Shown: positions 23,601 to 37,958, numbered from the stretch's first letter. The stretch: DNA of 64,000 bases from Sphyrna mokarran (GCA_024679065.1 JAGIQG010000004.1:54932001-54996000); one strand, 5' to 3'. The notes: a model not told the origin generated them from the letters alone. Program-made: numbers and translations.

Positions 23601-26253
23601 CGCAGCTCCGAGCTCTATCACATTGCAGAGATTGTTTTGGACAGGTGCCCTTACATTGGAAGAAATGAAATGCAACCCCATTATTCAAAGAGAGCTGGAA
23701 AGAGAAAACGTCGAATAAGAAGCAAGTTAACCTGACCTCAGCAATAGGGCAAAACTAAAAGCCATTGGAAAGAGCATGCTAATAGGGCAAGTAGAAACTT
23801 AGGCAGAGCTTGTTCAGATTGATGAAAGGAGCGTGGTGTTTGACGAATTCATCAGATAGTTTTAGGTTGTAACGAGTAAGACCAACGACGGATAATTAAT
23901 GGCTTTGGTGTAGTCGAACATTCAAAAACAAAATAGCCCTTATGCGTAAGATGATAAGTGATCAAACTGTACTACTTTGGAAAGGTACACTGAATGAGAG
24001 GAAAAAGAGCTTAGAAATATACTGGCAATTTTGGTTTTGCAGCCTATAATTAAAACAACACCATAAAAATCAGTGCTTGCACTTGACGATTTGCAATATA
24101 TGTCATCAACAGAGCTGACTGGGTTCAATGCAGTGATCCTTTTTAAGCGGCACAATGTTACAAGAGAAGGGCGCAAGAAATATTGCAAAGGAATATAAGC
24201 TGAAGTGAGTGCTGAAGAAAATTGCGGATGAGAAGCAATGTTTGGAAATGTGAAGTCATCCATGTTGCAAGGAACAAAAAACGAAAAGCATAATATGTTT
24301 TAAACCTGAGAGAATCAGAAACGCCCAAATTTTAAAGGACTTGGGCGTCATTTTGCCCCAGTGACCGAATGCTAAGGTTCACTACGGGAAAGCAAGAACT
24401 ATGTCGACTGTTATTGCGATTGGATTGTAAAACACGTATAAAACTCCTTTTTTTTCCTACTAGTTCGCAATGTCTTGTTCAACAACATCTACCGTTCCTG
24501 GAGTACTGTGTACAGTTTTGTTTTTCTCATCTCCATGAATATATCGTTAACTTAGAGGGTCTGCAAAATATGTGTACTGAATTTCTTCACGTGATGATGG
24601 CATTGTTGTATGAGAGAAATAGTAGAGTAGGCTTACGTTATATCTAACTTTGAAGAATAAGAGGTTTCACATTGAAATATGTACAACTATGCGCCGTAAG
24701 GGAACACATAGCAAAGTTTGGAATCATGCCTACAACAAGGGAAAATGGTTGTTTTTTGTTTGGAAAAGAATAATCTCAACCACGCAACAATACTGCAGGA
24801 CATACTCATCATAATACCCAGGACGCAATTATTTTCAGCTGCTTCGTCAGATACCTTCTTTCCATCATAGGGTCCAGCAGTGGGGATGCTCGCTGATAAT
24901 TTGGGGGACTCTGGTATAGTAGAAGTGTCATTGGATTCGTGATCCAGAACGCTGCACCAATTCTCTGGAGACATGGGTTTTGATTCCTCCACAGTTGCTG
25001 ATGAAATTTGTTTTGGTAAATATATCTAGAATTGTTAAACTAGCCTTAGTAATACTGGAGATGGTCCTTACCTGACGCTCAAGTTGTGTTGTCAGTGATC
25101 AGTACAAACGATATTGTTGCCCACCGCCTTATACTTCTGGAAACGGGTGTTTCATTAAATGAGGAATTTTGAGATAAATGTTCCGCCATCATTAGCGAAC
25201 ACCCCACAACTCTGATATGTAATGGGTGGAAAGTAACTGACATTTCGGAAGATGGTTTCTTGTGGTTAACTTGTGGATCTCCTGCAGAGATCCCTGGTCT
25301 ACGACGATTGAAGTACAAAAATCATTGTTAACTTTCTTCCAGCTAGATATGATTTCATCCTGTTATGAGTTTTCGTTCGTGTTCCAATCGACTTTAAAAT
25401 TACCAGGGGTCTGTGATGCCACACTCTGTCAAGTGCTGTCAAAGTCAGTCACTCTGGAATTCAGCGCTTTTGTCAAGTTTGGACAAAGTCTGCAATGAGA
25501 GTGAAGAAGCCAAATTGGACACCAGAACATTGCTGAACAACTGTCGCTTATCCGCACTATTAATGACAGACGGCGATACAATTTCGATGATTTAGTGTAG
25601 AATGATAGGGTTCAATTGGGCGGCTAGTTTTACTCCCGCGAAATAAGTTGACTGTTGTGGAGAAAATGATGACTGGAAAGAATGACGTGTGTGTTTAATG
25701 ATTTATAACCCAATGCTGCCCAACAAATTCCAAGGACTGTAAACAAAAGTCTGCAAATGAATAATGCTGCATTTTGTTGTAAGATGGCATCTTTGAAATT
25801 TGGAAAGCATTCGTCCAAAATTGCTCTCTTTCTTATTTTAGCCTTGCATGGAGCAATTTGAACAGACGGATAAATGCGTCTGTTTGAAAAGGCGACGATT
25901 TGAAAGTAATGCTCAAACTTCACTCACTGAATTACCTTTAAGTTTAGGACTTATTGCCACAGATCACACTTAAGAATGAACTTGATTTGAAACTTGGTAC
26001 TGGCCTTTTTCTAATCATTTTATGTGGCAGCAGTGAACTGAACATCAGATCAAATGTAAACCGAGCCATTTACGAAATGAGAGATATGATTTAATATTCA
26101 CCACAGAGAAAATAAATAATTATCCGAATACTATTCCAAATAGCAGCGAAAGGAATTGAAGTACCTCTCGTCCAAAGCCCTGTTCATAAAATCAAAGCTA
26201 TGTGTGTTCTCACCGGCATGGCCGAAAACAAACGTAGTAACGTTACATCAACT

Positions 26254-26596
26254 CAGAGTTGAGAAAAATGAGCAGCACGAGAGCACTGCATTTAGAAAAT
26301 TGCTGTCTCCTTCCCACCGCTTATACTACTTTTAATTCTACTACCCTGTTATCATCTGAAAAAAATTACACGTCAGCAAATAAATCAATCTATGGTAGAA
26401 GAAAATTAATGAATTTACTTCAACTCAAACAGAGTTGAGAAAAATGAGCAGCACGAGAGCAGTGCATTTAGAAAATTGCTGTCTCCTTCCCACCGCCTAT
26501 ACTACTTTTAATTCTACTAACCTGTTATCATCTGAAAAAAATTACACGTCGGCAAATAAATCAATCTATGGCAGAAGAAAATTAATGAATTTACTT
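26254..26596 (+). repeat. 176-bp direct tandem duplication, 2 copies
   Basis: cagagttgagaaaaatg at 26254 and 26430, about 5 mismatches. Confidence 0.95.
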
Positions 26597-27152
26597 TCTT
26601 ATTCTGACCCCAGCTATGTTGACCTGCTCAATCGAAAAGCCTACTGACACCAATAGCTGTTTAGATGAGCACATAGAATTCCAAGGCCAGTTGTGCAAAT
26701 ATAGAGTTACATAAACCAAACACTTTCTGGAAAGCAAAAGCAAGAACAAGAGGGTCAAAGTCACAATCAACTTTCTGAGTTCTTCGTAGTTACCCACAAT
26801 ATATTTAAATATGTTTTTATCTCTGCCGAGGTATAAAAAAATCAATATAAAACTTTGCAGTCAAGAAGATCAATAGCAAGTACCCAATGGGAAATACAGG
26901 TGAATATTGTAAATTGCCAAATAACAATTATTATTGCAGTGAATAAAACTAGACTATAATCTTGTAAAGCATATTAATTAACAGTTGAATTAAATATATT
27001 TTGGTTCGTAGGAAGATACATACAAAGGGACATACGACACAGGAATAGGCCATTCAATTCTTCCAGCCTGCCGCACCATTTTATGAGATTATGGCTGATC
27101 GTCCGTATCAAAATCATTTTTTCATACGATCCCATATTCCTTAAGACACAAG

Positions 27153-27283
27153 GCAAAATACTGCGGGCGCTGAAATCAGAAACAAAAGCAGAAAATATGG
27201 GAGTACCTCAGAAGGTCTTACAACATCTTTGGAGAGAGAATGGAGCTAAGATTTCGAGTCTGGATAACCTTTCGTCAGAGCTC
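27153..27283 (-). mobile_element. Short Penelope-associated repeat with a minimal hammerhead-like motif
   Basis: Minus strand reads GAGCT-CTGACGA-AAGGTTATCCAGACTC-GAAA-TCTT-AGCTC. Related decayed copies at ~2692-2783 and ~46143-46240. Confidence 0.55.
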
Positions 27284-29224
27284 GAATATTCCTTAATATA
27301 TTCACTGTTTAGAAATCTTTTGGCCTCTATTTTGAACACCTCAGTGACATTAGAGTCCTCCGGGGTAGAGCATTCTAAAGATTTGTCACGCTCTGAGTGA
27401 AGAAACTACTCCTCATCTTCGACCTAAAATGCCTATCCTGATTATGAAGCAGCATATTCTGCTCCTATGGGCGGGCATCACCTTCACGGATGCTACCCAC
27501 GCTCACAAGCGAAAATCATCATTAATGTCAGTAATTCAGTAAAGAACAGACTTGCATATGGGTAAGATCTATATTTTACTTTTACTTATTTCATCTTGCA
27601 CGCGATATTTTTGAAATTAGACCAAAATAATAAACCAAAGATTCCAGCAATTTCTACACATTTTCATACAGAAGTGGAATGAACAATTGATGAGTAGTGA
27701 ACTTCCGTTGTGGATTTTGCATATCAACTGGACATCCCCGACACATTAATGTGAATCGCCTGCGACGCAGAATATCTGGAAAAATTACACTAATATTGTA
27801 TACACGGAGCCAAAGTTTTGTAATCTTGCACATCACAAACAGATGCCGGAATGTGCTGACCGGGGAATTTTAACAGTAACTTAATTGCCGTATTAATATA
27901 AGACTACCTGTGACACTAAGAAATAAACTATAAAATTTCTTAATATACAAGTGCTACTTAATTTAGATATAGTTTGATTCCTTCAGAAGAACTTCACAAT
28001 ATCTTATGTTGGTTATATATTGCTCTTCTTTAATTGGTAAATGATACATTGTTGTTTAAAACTGAGCATTGACCCTTGCTATGCCTTCCTCAATTCTATT
28101 CCACAATTGAGCAACTAAATTAAAATTCTACCCACTTCATAACACCTCATGCCCCATTCGTGTCGTTTGCTTTGTGTCACCTACAATATTGTACCTCAGT
28201 GGGAAGCACCAGTTTGAACCACCTGTTACTAATCTTATTGCGATCCTAAAGTTGACTGATTGTTGAAAATTGAAGCAAGTGTTTTAGTATTTGGTGCAAG
28301 CTGTGTTTTGTTAAAATACTGGCACAGTCAACTGATCCAATAGCACATTTACCACTTAAACGTTGAAAGTGGTAAGTTCGATGGTGAGGATCATTTCAGG
28401 ACTTGACGTTATGTTTCGTGCTCTGAATGAACGTTCTACAGTTTTTCAAATTGCGAATATATCTGCAAACAAAATAAAAAGAAAGCAGGAGTTAGCGGTT
28501 AACCTCGATCAAAATGGCAGATTACAAAATAATTCCATGATAGAAATGAATACGTAAACATAGAGATGGGGGTCGAGAAATGTATTACTCCAAACCAACT
28601 AGCATAACGTTCTACTGCTTTTATTGGACCGATGTTTCTGATATTTTGATTTGAATGTTGCAAAAACAGGCAGAGAGCTTGCGCAATAAGACGTTACATT
28701 TATCCCATTCATCCTATTGTGGCCATACGGCAATGTTTCATAATTTGATTAAATCGGTTGCGGAGATTTATAAGTTTACAATCCCTTCACTTCTGGTCAG
28801 GAAGCCTCGGTTTTCTTCGTGCCATTGTTAATATTAAGTCATCCGGTAAAACTCGCTGCCAAACAGCTGTGTACCACAAACCGTTTATTGGTTATAAAGA
28901 AATGCAAAGATAAATCCAATGATATCACTCACAAAAAATCAATAAGTCATTTGGCAGTTTTCTGTCCTGGCGCGAGAATTAATTGTTGCAAGAGAGGTAT
29001 ACTCGCGGTCTTGCCATTGAAGTTGTGCCACTAACAGAACACTAACCTGTTGTTTTCTGATCGAGGAATTGCAAAAGCTGTGGTTGTGTAATGTTTGTGC
29101 GACTACCCCTAATCCAACGAATTTTGCTGGAAATCTGAAGTGGAGAATTTGAAATCAGATTTAAAAATACAACAAGCAACATGATTTGGAAAAGTTTGTT
29201 TCAGGCAAATTTGGTTTTTTTGAT

Positions 29225-29580
29225 GTTTGGATGCGGGTGTCGCTGGCTGAGCCTTTGCTAATTACTCTTGAACTGGGTAGCATGCTTGGTCGTTTCTGCG
29301 GCTGTTTACAGTCAACCATATTGTTGTAGACTTCCGATCACACTTACGTGAAACCGGATAAAGGCGGCAGATTTACATCTCTAAATGCCATGAGTGAACC
29401 AGGAGAGTTTTACAGCAACTAACAATGAATGGTTTCATAGCTGGCATTCAAATTTTAATCCAGATTTCCTTTAATCGTTTAATTCAAACTGACTTCATCG
29501 GCTGCTCTCCTATTCCAACCCTGGTCCTCGGCACATTATCCTGGGTCTCTGGAATACTAATGGCAATACCATAGCCCCAA
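29225..29580 (-). mobile_element. Deu-domain SINE, decayed
   Basis: ggatgcgggtgtcgctggc...gtcaaccatattg...ggcggcagattt...gtgaaccag. Confidence 0.6.
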
Positions 29581-30378
29581 TGTTCTATTCCTGCCTCCCC
29601 AATAGTCGAAGCGTTTTGCTAATCATCTTTCCGTTAGAGAAACGTACATAGCCTCTGGATTAGATATGACCCCATTCCTAACTTATTATGGTGGATTCTA
29701 ACCTGTCCTCTAAAAAGGGGAAGTAACGCAGTGAGATGTAACGAAACTTCAAGGAGAACAGCACGTGCCTCAAGATAAACCAATGAGCCAAAATAAACCA
29801 ATGCACTAGCAAAACGAAGATTGAAACCTACTCACTAAATGCCAGTAAACCTCCTGTTTCAAAAATGTAGCAGTATTATTTTCACCAAATTTTCACACTT
29901 TCCACCCATTGCCCTTCTGTTCTTGAAAGTTATTCAGATGAGTGTTCTTTGGTGCCATTAGGCCGCGTACTCCAATCAATCTGACCGAACTAACCGTCTA
30001 TATCCCTGTGTCCCAATAGAGAACGGAGAAGTCTCTTAAAAATCAGAGACGATGCTTGGCTTTATATCGTATATAGAATACACGGCAAGGATGGCATAAT
30101 TCACCTTTATAAGGAACCAGTTAGGCGTCAGTAGGTGTTATGTTCTAATGCATATCACGTTTTACAAAAGATGCTCAAGGCGCAGAAAGGTTACAAAACG
30201 GATCTAAAGGAATAGTAGAATACGACGATATGGGGACGTCAGTTGTAAAGAAAGATTGCAAAAGCTGGAATCATTCTCCTTAATGTTTAAGGGGTTAACA
30301 GGAAATTTGCTAACTGTCTTCCCAAAGATGAACAATTTTAATAGAAGTGACACTATTGTAGAAAAGTCGATAACCAGA

Positions 30379-31530
30379 ACATTAAAACTAAGAGGAGGAG
30401 TAGGCCGCTCGAGCCTCCACCGCCATTCAATAAGGTCATGGCTGATCTTTTTGTGAACTCAGTTCCACTTACCTGCCCGTTCACCAAAACCCTTAGTTCC
30501 TTTACCGTTCAAAAATTTATCTATCCTTGCCTTAAAAACATGTAATGATAGCCTCAACTGTTTCGCTGGGCAGGGAATTCCACAACCCTTTATGTGGAGG
30601 ATCCTCCTCAACTCAGTCTTAAACCTGCTTCCCCTTATTTTGAGGCTATGTCCCCTAGTTCTACTTTCACCCGTCAGTGGAAACAATTTCCCTGCTTCTA
30701 TTTTATCAATTCCCTTCATAAACTTATATGTTTCTATAAGATCTCCCTTCATTCTTCTGAATTACAATGAGTAAAGCCCAATCTACTCAGCCTTTCCTCA
30801 TAAACCAACCCTTTCAACGCCAATATCAACCAGTGAACCTCCCTGCTTCTCCAGTACCAGTACATCCTTTCTCAAGTAAGGAGGCCAAAACTGTACACAG
30901 TACTCCAGGTGTGACCTCACCAGCACTTTATACAGCTGCAGCATAAACTCGCTGTTTTTAACTCCATCCCTCTAACAATGAAGGACAAAATTCAATTTGC
31001 CTTCTTAATTACCTGCAGCACCTGCAAATCAACTCCTTGAGATTCCTGCAAGAGGGCATCCATGTTCCTCTGCACAGCAGCATATTGCAATTTTTTTAAC
31101 CATTTAAATAATAGTTCATTTTGCTTTTATTCCTACCAAAATGGATGACCTCACATTTACCAAAATTGTACTCCATCTGCCAATTCCTTATTCAGTCATG
31201 TGGATTATCTATTTACAGACTCTCAGCGTCCTCTGCGCACTTTGCTCTTCCATCCAACTTAGTGTCATTTATGAATTTTGACAGACTACACTTGGTTCCC
31301 AATCCCAAATCATCTGTGTAAATCGTAAACAATTGTGGTCTCAACATTGATCCCTGAGCACACCACGAGTCATCAACCAGAAAAACACCCATTTATCCCC
31401 AACCTTTGCTTTCTGTTAGTTGACCAGTTTTCTATCCATGCTAAAGTAACATTGTGCATCTTTATCTTATGTAACAGTCTTTAGTGTGGCACCTTGTCAG
31501 ATGCCTTCTTGAAATCAAGATATACCGCAT
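30379..31530 (-). mobile_element. CR1 LINE 3' fragment
   Basis: MKGDLIETYKFMKGIDK..LFPLTGESRTRGHSLKIRG (ORF 30459..30752) with upstream RT remnants. Confidence 0.9.
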
Positions 31531-31661
31531 TTTCTTTCAATATGACACCTTCCTTTATTCCCTTAAATATCCGTGCAGACATGGATATTGGAGGACAGAG
31601 TTTGAAGGAATAGCACAAGATAAAAGTTATCTGAGGTTTGGAGTGGAACCTTAACCTACAG

Positions 31662-31929
31662 TTTAACCCTTTCTCCCGATTAACAAAGATTAGTCCAGCT
31701 CAAATGTTGCGAGAAGCACGACTCATAATATCATACTAGCTTTTTGATTCAGATCGACGAAATCTACATAAAGTAGGAACCTACCACAGGCTGAATTTAA
31801 CCCTTTCTCCCGATTAACAAAGATTAGTCCAGCTCAAATGTTGCGAGAAGCACGACTCATAATATCATACCTCTTTTTGATTCAGATCGACGAAATCGAC
31901 ATAAAGTAGGAACCTACCACAGGCTGAAT
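31662..31929 (+). repeat. ~134-bp direct tandem duplication, 2 near-identical copies
   Basis: tttaaccctttctcccgattaacaaag at 31662 and 31796. Confidence 0.95.
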
Positions 31930-34691
31930 ATCTTCGTTAAAGTATCATTTCCCTTTGCAATCATCTGAATGAGCGTTATTTTTTCTGCTTCTCCTCGCCG
32001 CTCCAGCTATCACTAAACATTTTCGTGAACATTCTTGACTGCTGGACTGAAGCACGTGGATATGGGCCAAAATTTCAGTTCTGGTTGAATGAAGCTAAAA
32101 TTTCCCACAGCAATTCTGGTCTCGAGAAAGACAGATGAGCAAGATGATTAGTTCGAATTGCTATTCCTGAGATTTTTGCGACAATTCTGGATGCACGGAG
32201 ATTGGTGGAGATCTGGGTGGCGCTTAGCTCAGAGCGTCCAAAGAGATTTATTCGCTCACTTACACTGCCTATCCTCTTGCACGAAGACAAACACTTAGAC
32301 GAGATGCTGCAGAATTGCCCACTCCTGCTGTCTGAATGGACATTTGGAGAAATAAGAAAATGATCAATGGTAGGTATTGATGAAGAAAATTATCAAAACA
32401 TAGTGATGCAGGAGCATGTGCACCGAAATTTCGAACACTTAGGAGGAGACCTCCAACTTCCCGGACTCTCACCATTACCGACCACAATACACAACTTTGG
32501 CCATGTAATATCTCGTGTCATGACTCCATTCTCACAACTAGATTGCTATAGGCATACTGGGAGTAGATCTTTGAATCCGTTTTACCCTAACTGATATTTT
32601 ACTTTCATGTATTTTCTTGTGTATTTTCTAGTCTCAATTTCTTTTTCTCGTCCTCTTTCAACTTAATGTATCTGCCCTGGTTCTTGTTTGAGTAATCCAC
32701 CTGACATGCATCTTGCACCTGTTTTGTTTCAGCATAACACCTATCTTCCAAACACCCAACCGCCCTGCTTAACATTGGGTTGTCTTTATCTATTGCTGAA
32801 ATGTATCTATCCTGGACCCGAAATATTTCTTCCTTAAAGATTCCCCCATTGTTTCCTGAATTAAATTGCACTAATTTTTCATGTTGAAATATAATACAGA
32901 CTAAAAATAATCTCTTTAATTAAAGCAAAGATAAATAAAACCACGATTTTTCACCCATGTTTCCCATCTCCTTAAAGACATTTCTGGTGGAGGACGGTCA
33001 ACCTTTTATATGGCTTTGACACACAACGTGCGTGTGCGTTAAGGAAGTCATCCAAAAAAAAACTATTTTACTCTCACCAGAGGCCTACATCTTCAGGTCA
33101 CTGATGAAACATCAAGAATAGAAATTGTAAATTTTTACCTACTTTTTATCTCAAAGGAGTGTGAATCCAATTGTGTTTCACCACTGACTGGTTTAAATTC
33201 AACAAAATCAAGAAATCCACATTGAAATATTGGTGACTGCATATTCTTGTCAGGTTAACTCATTATGAAGAGCCATTGGAAATTTCCCAAGAGAGGAATG
33301 CTGCGTAAAAGCAAAGCATTTGTTTGTGCGCAGTATCACAGTAAAGTGCATTGTTTTTTTTTCTACAAATGTAATGATTTTGAGGAAGCGAACATGGCTA
33401 TTTCTCCTTTCAGTTCGTTTCTGGCATTAACTTAAATCTTAGCTGATCCATTCCTGAACCCAATTTACTCATTGTTGCGCCATATACCTTGAAATATTCG
33501 TCCAAGAAACATGTGTCCATCTAAATTCTTGATCATTTCAACGGGTTTCTGAGTTACAAATATTCATTACAATTTGCGTGAAAATGAACATGTGCTTTAT
33601 ATTCATATTACAATGGTTCTTATTAACTATTAACTTGTATTTGCTCAACTGATTCTTGTGCTTACTATCTCAACCTATACTAGATTCATTTCGGCGTTTA
33701 TTTTATAAATACAATTAGCATTCCACAGTGCCATGTGCAAGGCGACAAAATATGGAGAGCTGATCTTCAGCATTTAAGCGTGTGCAATGTTCTGGTGGTA
33801 AGTCATCAGCCTGACTGCTTCTCCCCCTACAGATTTCTCCTGGGTTGCGTTAGAGGTCTTGCATTTTGCTATTTTCGTTTCAGATTTTCTGCATCATCTA
33901 TGTTTCATTTCTTGTATCATGAGCTGGAATATTTGGGGAGATAATTGGGTACAGCCAATGATTCAGGTTTCTGCTACAGATTGCATCAAGAATGAGCTGG
34001 GGGTAGGGCAAGGATGAGGAAGAGTATAATCATATATTGTGATAGGGTTGAACGAAAGCAAGTGGAGTGGAACGTTTTCCCAGTGGAAATTAATGCTTGA
34101 CATAGATCATTAGGGATTAGTGGCAGTTTTATTTATGGCATAAATCATTTGTGGTTTTCTATGCTTCCCAAACGTTGTGTTGAAGGGATTATGTCGGCGT
34201 AAGGGCATGGTCAAACGAATTGGTCTTGTTGCAATCAACCTCAGTGTAAGTTGTATCTGAATACTATGTGCTAACTTCTAAGTATAAAAGTTTTCACTTT
34301 GCAGACTTCTAAAGGATACATTTCATTTCCTGACTTTCCTCTGTATTTGCGGCAGGCTGTTTTTTTTTTACAATCGTGCCAAATACAAATGACCATGAAT
34401 GCTGGAAATATAAAACGATTATCCGATATCTGAAGAATAATCACGACGTGAAATGTCTGAATTTCTCTTTCCATAGATGCTCCAAAAACTCCTTAACTCT
34501 TCCACATTTTCCTTGCTTACGTAATATTGTATTTGAAGTGAACAGGCGCTAGTGAAAATTCTAGAAGTTATTTGAACTTAAATTCTAATCGTCTTCATTT
34601 GAAACTTTAACCATTTAGGCAACATGAGATAATTTAGCGAATGAACCCAGGAAACCTTCAACAAATTGCAAATTAATTTCTTTTAAAGACA

Positions 34692-35224
34692 GGGCGGGAA
34701 TTGACTAACGTAGTAGGACTTTTGCATTTCGGTTCAGATTTTGGGCACTCTCTAAATCTCGAGGCAGCATTTTACAGGATCGTCCCACCCATCCATGCGC
34801 AGTTCGAACACGTAAAATCGCGCAATGGGAGGATCATATCGACTTTAGGGCTCACGTATTTTTACAAGAACCGGATATCCTGCGAGGTCAGCCTTTTGCC
34901 GGAAATGAGCGAAAGACTGAATAATATATCTAAATTCACTTAAATGTGAATTTACACTTTAGCGAGCCTGGCGCTCATCCTTCGTGCTCACTTGCCTTTC
35001 TAGACTCATAGGAAAGTTTATCTCTGGCGAGGAAAACATCTGCAGACCATGAACTGGAAACAGTTGGATTGGCCTCGCTGGTAGAATTAAAGGCCATTGA
35101 AGCACTTTCCCAAAGCCGTGGGCTCAGGGGAGGGATACCCTTTGGGCAGTGTCAGTCTGAATCAGGAACTCTCCCATTTTTACACTTACTGGATATTCAG
35201 AATCATTCTTGTAAAATTCCTCCC
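34692..35224. mobile_element. Possible non-autonomous DNA transposon (MITE-like) remnant
   Basis: Imperfect terminal inverted repeats gggcgggaattgac and gtaaaattcctccc around a CpG-richer interior. Confidence 0.35.
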
Positions 35225-37371
35225 GTTGACTCTGTTATATCACTGTAATTTGTTTCCCTTGTGCAGCGATATTTGCTGTGCAACTTGCTCAGTGCAAACT
35301 TTTGCCATTTAATTTATTCCAAGTCAAAAACACATGGTGAACAATGTTATTACTGCATTCTGACTGGCCTAACTACGGCAAGGCTAATATTCAATTGGCT
35401 TGCGGCGTGCGTAATTGGTATGCGATTGGTGAGATAGAATGTGATCAGTTTGTAATTGATTTCCTGGAAGAGATACAATTTGCCATTTTTCAATGGTTGG
35501 CCCTCTTATAAATGACAGAAACGTTAAATTAAGTTGATCTGAGACCCAAAAGTAGAAGTCTAGCATGGATCACTGACTTTTAATGGAGAGAGGGATGATA
35601 AAATAAATGGGGAAACGAGAATTAAAAGGGATCAAATTCCGAAAAATGGAACAATATTTTTCAGTTGACGCCATTGTTGTCAGTGCACATAGGTGAATAC
35701 CCAGTTTCTGTCTCCTTTTAGCGACAAGGTATTAGCTACTCATAATATTTTGTTATCTTCAGTTCATTGGTGAATATTCAGACTATAGATAATAATGCAT
35801 TTATTCATCTGATCTTCTCTGCGTCTGCGATAGGCTGAAGAATACTATTAGCTTCCTTCTATTTGAACAATGTTTAGATAAAGTGAATCTGTTGCTCTGT
35901 GTGATACAGTAGTGCATTGTGGGTAGAGTATACGCTTAGCATTTCTCTCAGTGTAAACTATAACGTGCTGCATTTGGTCACAGTATCAACAAGCACAGTT
36001 TTTTTTCCTAAAGACTCTACTGGTTAAAAAAGAGCCTAAGGATCTGCGAAAATATTTCGTCAGATAAATTTGCAAGGTATATTTATATAAAAATGCATAT
36101 ATAAAAAATCTGATTGACGTTGATTATTCTTCAGAAAAGTGATAGCCGCTCCATATTTGCTTGATTACAGACGAATCTCTTACAAATCTTCACATAACCA
36201 TATCCTATGTGTGCAAGTTAATTATGTAAGTAGCTTTAGTTTGATGCATCAGCTCATGGTCGAGGCAACATTTTCTGCTTTGAGAAGCAGCTCTGCATCG
36301 CTCCATCCAGTAGGAAGGTAGGTTAATTAAGACAATTTGGGGAAAATTTTGTTAATCTGTTAACAGAATAAATGTCGATTGTGTTCACTAAGCATTGATC
36401 TATGGCACGTAAACTCTTTGGAGTGGCAATCACCGACGGAGAACAATCTGGAGGAACTTACCTTCGTTGTAATTCCAAAGCCACTATCTCGCCCAACATT
36501 GCTCTCTCGGAATTGGTGAGACAGTTGCACAGGCAAAGGAAGGCACAAGCGAATACTGTGATTTCACGGTCTGATTTTAATTCTCTGTCGTTGTCTTCAC
36601 AGTGATCCTGGCCTGATTCACATTCCTTCCAGTCTGCCTTATAATGATCGTGACCTGTTCTACACTCCTCCCGATCAATATCACGCCGCGGCTAACCTGC
36701 TACATATCTTCAATCTGTCAACAATCATTTGATGAAACTGACCACATTTCTTCTACAGCCTCTTACCATGACCCAAATGAATGTCTACGCAGTTGCGTGG
36801 TTCCATTCTTCTATTATTGATTCCTAAGCGGACAATAGCTTTCGATGATTTCTCTCCTCGTTCCCATAGTTCTGCTATTGTCTCCCAAAGAAGGTACTCT
36901 GACCTTGTGCTAATTCTCATATATATGCTTCCTCGCTGAGATCTCACCCTAATACAGTATTAGCGTTTACATCTAGCTTGATGACACACAGCTGTACCTC
37001 ACCACGGCCTCTTTTAATGTTTCCTCATCCCTAAATTTTCACAATGATTGTACAACCTCCATTACTGGACAACATAATCCTGCAACTAAATATTAGGAGG
37101 TCCAAACCGTTTGTATTTGTTCTGCCATGCTTTCTCACTGGCAAGTGTTCAGGGTTGATTCGGAATGCCTAAAATTGTTCTTATATTTCACCATGAAACA
37201 CGGGTTAGAAATCCGTGCCATCAGTAAGACCATCCTTTTTAACTCGTTGCTTTTCCTAACTCAGCTGATTTACTTCCAAATTCTCATCCCTGTCCTTTTT
37301 ACCTCTGGATGTAACTCCGCCAATGCATTCATTGACGATCTCTTGTGAATCGGGAAGCCTTGTCTGTTTGA

Positions 37372-37958
37372 TGCAAAAAAGGACGTCTCGAGGCGTGGTA
37401 CATTGACGAGACCATGCAGACACTAGGACAATGGATGAATGGACACCATTTGACAATCACCAGGCAGGACTGTTCCCTTCCTTTCGGAGAGCACTTCAGC
37501 AGTCGAGAGCGTTCAGCCTCTGATCTTCAGGTAAGCGTAATCCAAGGCGGCCTTCAAGAAACATGATAACGCAGAATCGCCGAGCAGAAACTGATAGCCA
37601 AGTTTCCCATACATGAGTACCACCTCAATCAGGATCTGGGTTCAGCCACACTATCTGGAGCCCCCGACTTGCCTGGACTTGCAAAATTTCGTTAACTGTC
37701 ATGGCTTGAGGCAATTCACGCCTACTTAATCTCTATTTAACCCCCTCTCCGCTCGCATTGTCTGCATCTGTAAGAACTTGATTACCTGTTAAGACTCGCA
37801 TTCCACGCATTATCTCGCAAATTGAGTCTGTGTCTCTGTACGCCCTATTTATGAACCCAATCCTCCATTTACCTGTTGAAGGAGCAGCGTTCCGAAAGCT
37901 CATGGTATAAAATGAGCCTGTGTTAGATTTTAATCCAGTATCGTGAGATTTCTTACTG
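37372..37958 (+). mobile_element. Penelope-like element remnant: GIY-YIG endonuclease C-terminus plus terminal repeat
   Basis: Translates CKKGRLEAWYIDETMQTLGQWMNGHHLTITRQDCSLPFGEHFS...EQKLIAKF..HLNQDLG with two stops. Degenerate hammerhead CTGTTGA-AGGAGCAGCGTTCC-GAAA at 37873-37897. Confidence 0.85.
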
